From positions 1 through 58,829 of the forward strand of contig JANWZB010000004.1 in NCBI GenBank assembly GCA_025055035.1: a stretch of 58,829 nt of DNA, written 5' to 3'. The notes beneath the pieces were generated by a model, which was given only the letters and a program-made list of their open reading frames with translations, did no database searches and was not told the origin of the DNA. Numbering within the stretch: the stretch's first letter is position 1; each line of letters opens with the position of its first letter. The stretch comes from Candidatus Kapaibacterium sp. (lineage in GTDB: Bacteria > Bacteroidota > Ignavibacteria > Kapaibacteriales > UBA4661). Position numbers and translations under genes: made by a program. Below are positions 27,638 to 36,461 of this stretch, piece after piece.

Positions 27638-28888
27638 TTACTCTGTCTGCCGTATACCATGCAGTACAGTATCATTGCATGGATGAGCTTGTTGCTGCAT
27701 AACAGTGAGTTCTTGTTCATACAGGGTTCGTTGCATTTGGAGCAGCTGCATTTCAGTATCGAGCACAGCAAGCTTTTGGCGAATGCGTTCTTCGCTCGAA
27801 CTCGTAGCAATACGGTCTTGCAGCATTACGTGGTCGAGCAACACGAGCGCTACCATCGCTTCAGCGACTGGCACAACACGGGGGCAAATGCAAGGGTCAT
27901 GCCGTCCTTCCACCTTAAAGTCAACCATCTCACCGTTACGATTTGCAGTCTTCACAGGCTTTGTAATGGATGATGGTGGTTTCACAGCAATACGCACGAT
28001 GATATCTTCACCATTAGAAATACCCCCCAAAATGCCACCGGCGTTGTTTGTAAGCGTACGAAATCTTCCATGCTCATCTTTGTAGTACGGGTCGTTATTT
28101 TGGCTCCCACGCAGTAGAACACTACCGAATCCATTGCCTACCTCGAACCCCTTCACCGCACCAATCGTCATCAGAGCATGAGCAAGGTCGGCATCAAGCT
28201 TGTGATAAATCGGCTCACCAAGTCCGGGCGGGCAGCCCTTGACAACAACTTCCACAATTCCTCCAACCGAATCTCCATCCGCCTGTGCTTCATGAATGAG
28301 TGCAATCATTTTCTCAGCTGATTCTTGATCAGGTGCACGAACAATATTGCTTTCAATCACCTCGCTATCGATAGCATCTGTTGACACCTCTGAACGCACA
28401 GAACCAACTTGCCGCGTATAGCCAATAATCTTCACACCATGCTGCTGTTGGAGAATTTGCTTAGCAATTGCCCCAGCAGCCACACGCAGTGCAGTTTCGC
28501 GTCCGCTTGCTCTTCCTCCGCCACGATAGTCAAACACACCATACTTTTGCAAGTAGGTATGGCTAGCATGCCCCGGACGCAAGATTTCTGCAATATCGCT
28601 ATAATCTTTCGAGCGCTGATCTTGATTCTTAATAAGAATGCAGATTGGCGTACCTGTTGTCTTGCCATTATATACGCCGCTTATTATTTGCGCTTGGTCA
28701 GGCTCATTGCGTGGTGTCGTCACACTACTTTGTCCCGGCTTTCGACGGTCAAGATCGCGTTGAATGGCTTCTGTGTCGATTGGTATATTAGGCTTAATGC
28801 CATCTATCACAACGCCAATATACGGACCGTGACTTTCCCCAAAGGTGATAAAGCTATACATCGTGCCAAAGGCATTTGCGCTATTCAT
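27638..28888 (-). CDS. aroC: chorismate synthase with a ~55-60-aa C-terminal coiled-coil-like extension
   Basis: FGESHGPYIGVVIDG, RPGHASHTY, GGGRASGRETA, GGISNGEDI, GRHDPCI. Extra tail ...EERIRQKLAVLDTEMQLLQMQRTLYEQELTVMQQQ. Confidence 0.93.
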   Translation of the reverse strand: MNSANAFGTMYSFITFGESHGPYIGVVIDGIKPNIPIDTEAIQRDLDRRKPGQSSVTTPRNEPDQAQIISGVYNGKTTGTPICILIKNQDQRSKDYSDIAEILRPGHASHTYLQKYGVFDYRGGGRASGRETALRVAAGAIAKQILQQQHGVKIIGYTRQVGSVRSEVSTDAIDSEVIESNIVRAPDQESAEKMIALIHEAQADGDSVGGIVEVVVKGCPPGLGEPIYHKLDADLAHALMTIGAVKGFEVGNGFGSVLLRGSQNNDPYYKDEHGRFRTLTNNAGGILGGISNGEDIIVRIAVKPPSSITKPVKTANRNGEMVDFKVEGRHDPCICPRVVPVAEAMVALVLLDHVMLQDRIATSSSEERIRQKLAVLDTEMQLLQMQRTLYEQELTVMQQQAHPCNDTVLHGIRQTE

Positions 28889-29001
28889 GCTGTACCGACA
28901 TCAGTGAAACAGAAGTTTTTGTGAAAGGTAGAAATTTTTATGCTGACTGCCAAATGTGTTTCTGCAGAGCACCAGTCGTGTCATACATATGCAAAGCGTG
29001 C

Positions 29002-29817
29002 TTAGCGTAAGCGTTGTTCAAGTATGCGCTCCACTTCAATCCGCACAGCACGCTGAATTTCCTCACGGCGGAGCTGATTTGTTGCCTCAACCAGCGCTTG
29101 AACATTTGCATGAAAGGCTTGAAGCGCAAGATTAGTCTGACGTATTGTCTCAATAAACTCTGGTTGTGGAGTACTTGCAAGCGACACTGCACGAGCGACG
29201 TCGTTCACCGCTCCTAACAGCTCATCTTGACGAGCAACAATATCGGAAAGCGCTGCCGTCACCGCCTCGAGTCGTGTTCCTGCGCTTGCATAATCTGTAG
29301 CAATATCGCCAATTTCACTAATCAGTTCTCGCATCTCGTCAGTCTCGTTTCGCTCCTCTTCCCCTTCATCATCCAACGGCGAAAAAAACATCACGACAAA
29401 TAAGACAAATAGCATACACGCTTCGATTCCGACCCCAGCAATCACCATACGAACATCGATGCGATCAGTAAAGCGGTATCCACTGACGACAACAAGAAGA
29501 ATGGCTGCACCTAAATATACGAGGGAGTTAATAGTTGAGAAATAAAACCGATTAACAACTTCCTGTAACCACAGCGATGTACCCCGCAATATGCCTAGAG
29601 CGTGAATTACTGTTACCTGCTGCTTGCTATATCGGTACACTTCGCGTTCAAATGTACATAAGCGCCAGCATGTAACAAGCGTTGTTATGCTACTTACCTG
29701 CCTCTCATAGCGTAGCTCTCGAACAATATCGCGGAGTATCGCACGACCACGAAGTGTAGAGAGCGTTTGAACATGTTCCATACACGCGCACCATATCTTG
29801 AATACTTTGTTGTGCAA
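29002..29817 (-). CDS. hypothetical two-TM membrane protein with an acidic patch and a C-terminal coiled coil (GldL/PorL-like architecture, speculative)
   Basis: TM pair LVYLGAAILLVVVSGY and MVIAGVGIEACMLFVLFVVMFF with an intramembrane Glu, then DDEGEEERNETDE, then helical repeats (VTAALSDIV...LQAFHANVQALVEATNQL). Confidence 0.5.
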   Translation of the reverse strand: MHNKVFKIWCACMEHVQTLSTLRGRAILRDIVRELRYERQVSSITTLVTCWRLCTFEREVYRYSKQQVTVIHALGILRGTSLWLQEVVNRFYFSTINSLVYLGAAILLVVVSGYRFTDRIDVRMVIAGVGIEACMLFVLFVVMFFSPLDDEGEEERNETDEMRELISEIGDIATDYASAGTRLEAVTAALSDIVARQDELLGAVNDVARAVSLASTPQPEFIETIRQTNLALQAFHANVQALVEATNQLRREEIQRAVRIEVERILEQRLR

Positions 29818-30021
29818 CTGTGCATAAAAATACGGGTGAAAACCACGTCATGCAAGAGCGAAATTGTGGACACAATAGCAACAGCAACGCGGTGCGGGTA
29901 CCATCACACTACAACGGTTCTTTGCAATAGCACTGCTACATACTTGGTTTTCATTCGGCACAGTAGTATCTTACGTTGTTTCGACGTATTTCCCCACCTG
30001 TTCTTTTTCTTTGCGCATGCT

Positions 30022-33000
30022 ATGCATAAACACTGCACTACTTCTTCTATATTCGTTACTTCTATGACAAATTGTGCCCTAGTGGCAATAGCAGTGTGTT
30101 GGTCGATACTGCACTCTCAGGTTATTCCCCCATCACCCAAAATGATTAAAGACAGTAAAGGCAAAGACTTCTGGCTTGGCTTCCCACGCAATCACCATCA
30201 AACGAATATCAATCTCGACCGCCTGTATATCAGCATCGCAGCAGAACGCCCAACACGCGGCACTATTACCTTTTGGCAATATGGAAACAAACGCACAGAG
30301 ACTTTTACTGTTGCTGCACAAGATATCTACACTTTAGAACTGCCGGTGCAAGGTCTAGAAATCGAGGGGAACACTATCGCACGTCGCAGCTTTCACATTA
30401 CTACTGACGAAGAGGTTTCTGTGTATGGGTTAAGCGTTGCCAACACAACAAGCGATGCTTTTCTTGCTTTTCCTACCGATGTTTTGGGGCGCGAATACGT
30501 TATTACCTCATACCCCAGCAACCTTGTTTTTCAAGGGCGATTTGTAAACACAGTCGTATCCACAATGTCGCAGTTTGCTGTGCTCGCTGTAGAGGACAGT
30601 ACTGTTGTACATATTTTCCCCACAGCACGCGTCTGGGACAAAGCATCTATCGAGCCGTTTACTCTCACACTCAATCAAGGCGAAACGTACCTTATATCGA
30701 ACTCTCTCGAAGCAGAGAATGCTCAACTGGACTATACTGGATCGCGGATTCTCTCCTCGAAGCCACTTGTTGTCTATGCTGGGCATGAGCGTGCCGCAAT
30801 ACCGATTGGCGTCGGAACATCGCGAGACTACCTGATTGAGCAGATGCTTCCCGTTGAAGTCTGGGGAAAAACAGCTCTTGTAGTGCCCTATCCAACACCT
30901 ACTCTCGGCACTGCTGATTTTGGCTGCGATAGAATCCGTGTTGTTGCCGCATATGATAATACTGTTGTCTCGGTTAATGGTGCTACAGTTGCAACACTGC
31001 GGGCGGGAACATTCTACGAAATGATCATTTCGACGGAAGCTTCTATCGCTACTTCGGAGCCAAGCATGATAGCAGGATACAAGTGCAGTAGTGCAGGAGT
31101 GCGTGCTAATATCAGTATTGGCGACCCTTTTCTTGCAGTGATACCACCTGTCGAACAGTATCTCAATCGTTACCGTTTTACCTGTGTCCAAGGGGTACAG
31201 GTTGCACAAAATGCTTTGAATCGCTTCGAACCTGCCTTTCAAGAACACTACGTTACCATTATTGTCCCCTCCACCAGAGCAACGACAGTTACCCTCGACG
31301 GTCGCACACTTCCTCCCCAAAGCTTCAAGCGCATTAGTCATTCTGAGTACTCCTACAGCACTATCCCAATTAGCGAGGGAACGCATAGCATCACTGCCGA
31401 TACGACGTTTGGCATCACTGTTGCCGGGTATGGCAGAGCGAACTCCTATGGATACATCGGCGGACAACGCTTCGAGACAGACATTCGTCCTCCACAGATT
31501 GTCGTCCAGCGCACATGTACGGGAATTCGGGGCATGATATACGACAGCACCTATACAGACTCCAAGATTTTCTTTTACGATACACTCTGGTCTGCACAGC
31601 GCAATATTGCCTTTCGCTTTGGCACACTTCCTCGCCCTGCTGATTCTCTAGCATTTCATGCTGACTTGCTCAATCCTTTTGAAGATGGCACACTGGGGAT
31701 TGTTGCTGTCGATTCGCTCGACTTGCGTACTGTGCAGCGCATTACTGTTCCAGGCTTTACTGTGCATCGCGACCCGACAGTACGCACTCGCAGCGTTGGC
31801 AGTGCTCGTAGTGTTCTACGCCTTGCTACCGGACGCGAATACTGCTTTCGGCTTCTAGTAACAAACTATGGCTCAACACACCAAACAATTCAGCATGTAA
31901 GCTTTGCTCAGGGACGACGCGAGTTCTCTGCACGCATGCAGCAACCTCTGCACATCGAGCCAAGCTCGCAAGGCACTATTGAGTATTGCTTTCGTACCGA
32001 TGAAGACGGTGTATTCATTGATACGCTGGTGATTTCTAATGGCTGCATCACGCGTCCAATTCTTGCGCTTTACATCGAAGCCGCTGCTGACCGCTTTCCT
32101 CCAACGGTGGCACTTACGAGCGATTCGTGCAATCGCACTGTTGTTCTCGAAACTTCAGACAATCGCACGTTTGATTCTGGTATAGAAAGCATTGAGATAT
32201 CGCTCTCAAATTTCCGAGCACAGCAAAGCTTTATTGGTGTAGCAGCACTTGTACCTGACAGCACAAAGCGTCCTATACGCCTTGTACTAACTGTTGTCAA
32301 TCCTCGTGCTGATGCAGTCTATCACATACGCATTCGCGACTCTGTGGGTAATATTGTTGTTCTGCGCGACACAATACGTGGCTTTACGCTGCGTTTTCTT
32401 ACACATCCCGACACAAGTTCAGGTGTCCTACAACCATACGTCTCGGATACCCCCGAATACACGCAGCATACGTACCGCTTTGCTGCTACAGAAGCATCAT
32501 CGCTCACGTGTGCAACTCTCTATGCACGGAATACAGGGATTGCTCCATTCGTACTCGACTATCCATACATCCATCACAATACTGTATTTTCACTGCCGCT
32601 GTCGCAATTTCCACTTATCATACCTCCCGGCGAAATGCGACTGCTTCGAATATGCTTTCAGCCGCCTCTTGTTGCGTTGTATCGGGACACCATAGCTATA
32701 ACGCGCTTCTGCATTACTGAGCGCATTGCACTGAGCGGCGAGGGACTAAGCACAGGGCGTTTTGCAGGAACACGTTGTGATATTACTGCTCGCCTTACAC
32801 CGCGCTACGGTAGCACGACAATCCATGCTTCCCGGCATTCATCAGGCTTGCGTGTATCTGTATTCCCTACTCCGGCTCATAACCACCTCACACTGCGCAT
32901 TGATACCGAAGAAGAGCAGGATCTTGCTGTGCGGCTTATTTCTCTGCTCGGTACAACTGTTGCTTCTATGCCTTCCCAACGCTTCAGTGCGGGAACATGG

Positions 33001-33111
33001 GAGCTGACTCTTCATTTTGTCGGTATTGATTCTGGGGCATACTATTGCGAAGTGGAATCTCACACACCGAGCATCCAGCGCTGGACAAGACTTGTACATA
33101 TCGTACGCTAG
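30022..33111 (+). CDS. large secreted protein: IgGFc-binding-protein-N-terminal-like domain, Ig-like middle, T9SS type-A CTD
   Basis: Signal MTNCALVAIAVCWSILHSQ. GKDFWLGFPRNHH...LYISIAAERPTRGTITF...VSVYGLS...DAFLAFPTDVLGREYVI...GDPFLAVIPPVEQY...TVAGYGRANSYGYIGG. C-terminus VSVFPTPAHNHLTLRI...SGAYYCEV. An alternative start is at 30064. Confidence 0.75.
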   Translation: MHKHCTTSSIFVTSMTNCALVAIAVCWSILHSQVIPPSPKMIKDSKGKDFWLGFPRNHHQTNINLDRLYISIAAERPTRGTITFWQYGNKRTETFTVAAQDIYTLELPVQGLEIEGNTIARRSFHITTDEEVSVYGLSVANTTSDAFLAFPTDVLGREYVITSYPSNLVFQGRFVNTVVSTMSQFAVLAVEDSTVVHIFPTARVWDKASIEPFTLTLNQGETYLISNSLEAENAQLDYTGSRILSSKPLVVYAGHERAAIPIGVGTSRDYLIEQMLPVEVWGKTALVVPYPTPTLGTADFGCDRIRVVAAYDNTVVSVNGATVATLRAGTFYEMIISTEASIATSEPSMIAGYKCSSAGVRANISIGDPFLAVIPPVEQYLNRYRFTCVQGVQVAQNALNRFEPAFQEHYVTIIVPSTRATTVTLDGRTLPPQSFKRISHSEYSYSTIPISEGTHSITADTTFGITVAGYGRANSYGYIGGQRFETDIRPPQIVVQRTCTGIRGMIYDSTYTDSKIFFYDTLWSAQRNIAFRFGTLPRPADSLAFHADLLNPFEDGTLGIVAVDSLDLRTVQRITVPGFTVHRDPTVRTRSVGSARSVLRLATGREYCFRLLVTNYGSTHQTIQHVSFAQGRREFSARMQQPLHIEPSSQGTIEYCFRTDEDGVFIDTLVISNGCITRPILALYIEAAADRFPPTVALTSDSCNRTVVLETSDNRTFDSGIESIEISLSNFRAQQSFIGVAALVPDSTKRPIRLVLTVVNPRADAVYHIRIRDSVGNIVVLRDTIRGFTLRFLTHPDTSSGVLQPYVSDTPEYTQHTYRFAATEASSLTCATLYARNTGIAPFVLDYPYIHHNTVFSLPLSQFPLIIPPGEMRLLRICFQPPLVALYRDTIAITRFCITERIALSGEGLSTGRFAGTRCDITARLTPRYGSTTIHASRHSSGLRVSVFPTPAHNHLTLRIDTEEEQDLAVRLISLLGTTVASMPSQRFSAGTWELTLHFVGIDSGAYYCEVESHTPSIQRWTRLVHIVR

Positions 33112-33264
33112 CCTACCCATAATAGAAATGCAATGCTCTCGGTATCGCACTCCAGACTATGCGATTGTACTGTTAATTACATTTTCTAAATGGGGTTCTG
33201 GAAGAAGCCATTCCCACGAATAACCCGATACCATCGCCCTTGACATTCCATGCAGGGTTTGCCA

Positions 33265-33525
33265 TCATCCTGCTTTCAGCAAAATTCTGACAACACTTTG
33301 TAGACAGCAGATAATCGCGGCTCTACGCGCAGATGCTATCCATAAGAGAAATTCCGCTAGAGAAATATGTCCACGTACTCCTATGCTTGTGACAAGCTCT
33401 GGTGTAATGCTCCGCTCATCTTAGCTATAGAATGATGCTTCTAGCGCCGATGCAACCTCACCATCGCTTGCAAGCGTGAGCATAGGAAGATTCCGTAATT
33501 GCAAGACTGCTACATATAAGTTTTA
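33265..33525 (-). pseudogene. relic of the C-terminal half of a response-regulator receiver domain, interrupted by an in-frame TAA
   Basis: Hand translation: VAVLQLRNLPMLTLASDGEVASALEASFYS*DERSITPELVTSIGVRG... Compare the receiver consensus LPvimLTA.ge....al.aGAddYl.KPf.p.EL. TAA at 33421-33423. No N-terminal half is present. Confidence 0.35.
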
Positions 33526-33580
33526 TATCTTAGTAGCAAGCACTTATTTAATCCACACTGTTACATAATCTACACTGTCG

Positions 33581-34348
33581 TTACAGTCCCACCTTAAGCA
33601 TTGCAACCGCGCCAATAACCCTACCTTGGCTTGGTGGAACAATACTCAGTGGGACTGTGCGAAGAAGACCTTCACCCGCAAACTGCCAGAAGAGTAGATG
33701 AGCATAGCCACGAAATGCTACATCTATACTACGGCTTATTTGAAAACTATACTCCAGCTGCATCTTAGCACCAAGCGAACAAACACCATACATGTAATCG
33801 ATAACATCCCTCATCAACGGCTCCACACCAATCAACGACCCCATGCCATTAATAAATACCTGCATGCTTGGTCCTACTCCTAGTGTTATACTGTTCATGC
33901 TCTGCTGTACTAGCGACCAATTTACTAGAACATCAAACAATGAGGCTGTATATAGTATCTTGTTTTGGAATGGCTTCCTATTCCATCGGATAAGTGGCGA
34001 GTATACCCCAAAAAAGATATGGCTGCCTCCAAGGACACATTTTCCGACATAAAATACTGATACGATGCAGTTACTGAAGAAATTACCCTATCATAAGATA
34101 TTACATCGCTAAGAGCTGTACCTATCCCAGAGCTCATTCTATGCTGAGTGTAATGACTACTATCACTGCTTGATACTGTATCTGCTCGCTCCTGAGAAAA
34201 TACATACATGTAGTCCATGACAAGAGAACAGAGAACGCCTCTACCAGTTTTACTAACGTACTATGTCGCATAGAATACTATGTCGCATAGAAATTGCTAA
34301 AATATACGTAGTAGATGCTAGCCAGTATGACCATGCAAATGGTTTCAT
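33581..34348 (-). pseudogene. outer-membrane beta-barrel-like gene disrupted by a 34-bp tandem insert and a homopolymer frameshift
   Basis: ATG 34348 (MKPFAWSYWLASTTYILAI...) runs into a stop inside the 2x17-bp repeat. ORFs 33925..34218 and 33581..33940 are consecutive frames of one alternating-hydrophobic protein. See findings for the frame arithmetic. Confidence 0.45.
34259..34292. repeat. perfect 17-bp tandem duplication (tactatgtcgcatagaa x2)
   Basis: 34259-34275 is identical to 34276-34292. Each unit contains the mini-palindrome ctatg-tcg-catag. Confidence 0.95.
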
Positions 34349-34467
34349 AAGAATGGTAGTACCAAATTAAGATTTAGGGAATACAGGGGTCTCTCTTCTC
34401 TTCACACACAACGAGGAGAAACTCCTGAAGAATTTATTGAATTGTAATCCAATAGTTTGCTTCTACA

Positions 34468-35265
34468 TTACCAGCGTGCACCGCATGATGCTGTGAGCAT
34501 ATGGACGACATAATATGTAGCTGAAAGAGGATGCATTCCCAAAAAGTCATCAAACATGTCTTTTCCTACAAATGCATTGTCCTCCCACCAATCAACTTTG
34601 CACTCGGCATGAGCGTTGATACCATCCCCTAAATCACCAACGGGAAAACTAGGAAAGGCTCCTGTATAAGGATAAAAACTCCCCGTGGGAATATTTCCCA
34701 AATGTATATCAGCCCAAAACTGATAGTATCCGGTATTATACCCTGTCCGATAAATGAAGAAATCACAGAAAAACTCACTCGTTCCATCCCATGGGAACTC
34801 ATCAAACTTCCATTTATCCTCAATCTTTATGTTGATAAACTAAACTCGCATGTACGGTAGCGTTAAACTTAGCAAGCTATTATTCTTCAGCAACACGCTA
34901 CTAGAGTGCTCCTGTACAAGCTGAGCACTAGTAATAAGACCTACCCGTAATGAATCATCGATATTTGCACGCTCGTTGAAGGTAATAACAATGACAGGAC
35001 GTTTTTGAGCAATAGTTGCATACTCATCAACAATGTAGCTGTTACCACCGCTATCAAAAGCAGTAATATTTGTCTGTGCGGCAACTCTAGCAAAAAACTC
35101 TCGCTCTTCTTGACTCATCATACTCGATATCCCCTTCGTTCCTATTGCCGATACACTACGCGCTTGCTCCTCCGTAGGCACATATCCAACACTATCCTCA
35201 ATCCCCCAGACCATACTGCTACACCCCACTCCTGCTATACGTCTTGTGAAGAAACTCTGCTGCAC
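34468..35265 (-). pseudogene. 264-codon reading frame split by a single in-frame TAG (141-aa + 123-aa halves); unknown function
   Basis: ORF 34840..35265 (GTG start) ends in TAG at 34840-34842. The same frame continues without a stop as FINIKIEDKWKFDEFPWDGTSEFF...HLGNIPTGSF... into ORF 34468..34701. Verified codon by codon. Confidence 0.45.
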
Positions 35266-35285
35266 ATATTCCAGAATCTTTTCAT

Positions 35286-35310
35286 GCTACGTACTAGCTA
35301 CGTACTAGCT
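35286..35310. repeat. 11-bp tandem repeat gctacgtacta x2.3 in the intergenic region
   Basis: 35286-35296 equals 35297-35307, followed by a partial third copy gct. It lies 21 nt upstream of the GTG start at 35265 (minus strand). Confidence 0.9.
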
Positions 35311-35492
35311 CAATCACATGTACGCTATACGTCTTGGCATGCGTGGAATCTGGCACTGCGTTTGCAAGTGTCTTTGATACTTTTGTATTTTTGCACTTGT
35401 GTTTCCAGTGTCGTACAGTATGTGCACCGCCAGTATTGGCAAGCGCAATGATTTCTCTCACAACTGCCATTTGGCGCTTTCTTTATACACGT

Positions 35493-36452
35493 ATGGCTCA
35501 TAGAAAAGAACCTCCCCGTGTAGAGCTCAAGCGTTCTCAGTATCAAGGAGCATTGCTCGGGCTAGCAGTTGGCGATGCTCTTGGAGCACCTTTGAAGTTT
35601 CGTCCACGGGGTTCAGCACCTGCTGTGAAAGATATGACGTCAGGCGGTCCGCTGCATGTTGGTCGTGGTACATGGACAGATGATACTTCTATGGCTCTTT
35701 GCTTGGCAGCAAGCTTGCTTGAGAAAAAAGGCTTCGACGCAATCGACCAACTCACCCGCTATAACAAATGGCGACGCGAGGGCTATTTGTCAAGCATTGG
35801 AACATGTATTGATCTAAGCTCGACGATGAAAATAGCGCTCGATAAGTTTGAATCTACACAAGCCACAGAGTGCGGAGGTACAACGCGCGAATGGGCAGAC
35901 AACGATGTTATTAGCCGCCTTGCGCCAATTCCGATGTTCTTTGCAAACAGACCGAATGACGCTATCGAGCTTGCTCGTGCCTCTGCGCAAGTTACGCATG
36001 GCGCCGTCCAGGCACTCGACGCAGCAACGTACATGAGCGCGATTATTACTGGGATTCTCCGTGGCGATCCTAAGGATAAGGTATTATCGGACTTGTATAA
36101 CCCCTTTGGCGACGATTGGACAGACTATAGCTTCTGTGATGAGATTGCGCAAGTTGCTACGGGTTCATTTCGTGCTGACACTCCTCACGACATCACAGGG
36201 GATGGATTCGTTGGTGATACACTCGAGGCAGCACTCTGGGCATTCTACCGCAGCAACGACTTTGAGACAGGTGCTCTTCTTGCCGTCAATCTTGGTGGCG
36301 ATGCCGATACAACCGGTGCCGTATACGGCCAAATTGCGGGAGCATACTACGGGGTACAAGCAATCCCTAAGCGTTGGCGCGACGCTGTTGTACAGAAAGA
36401 CCTGATTATTGCTCTCGCTGACAGAATCTGGATAGAAGCTCAAAAACTGTAG
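35493..36452 (+). CDS. ADP-ribosylglycohydrolase family protein
   Basis: ATG 35493 gives MAHRKEPP. Motifs GALLGLAVGDALGAPLKF, GTWTDDTSMAL, GGDADTTGAVYGQIAGAYYG. Confidence 0.88.
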   Translation: MAHRKEPPRVELKRSQYQGALLGLAVGDALGAPLKFRPRGSAPAVKDMTSGGPLHVGRGTWTDDTSMALCLAASLLEKKGFDAIDQLTRYNKWRREGYLSSIGTCIDLSSTMKIALDKFESTQATECGGTTREWADNDVISRLAPIPMFFANRPNDAIELARASAQVTHGAVQALDAATYMSAIITGILRGDPKDKVLSDLYNPFGDDWTDYSFCDEIAQVATGSFRADTPHDITGDGFVGDTLEAALWAFYRSNDFETGALLAVNLGGDADTTGAVYGQIAGAYYGVQAIPKRWRDAVVQKDLIIALADRIWIEAQKL

Positions 36453-36461
36453 TACGCTCCT

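Noticed and set aside
34629-34823. 64-aa TTG-initiated ORF overlapping the amber-split frame
   Set aside because: It is an alternative frame of the longer continuous reading frame and has a hydrophobic, low-information translation.
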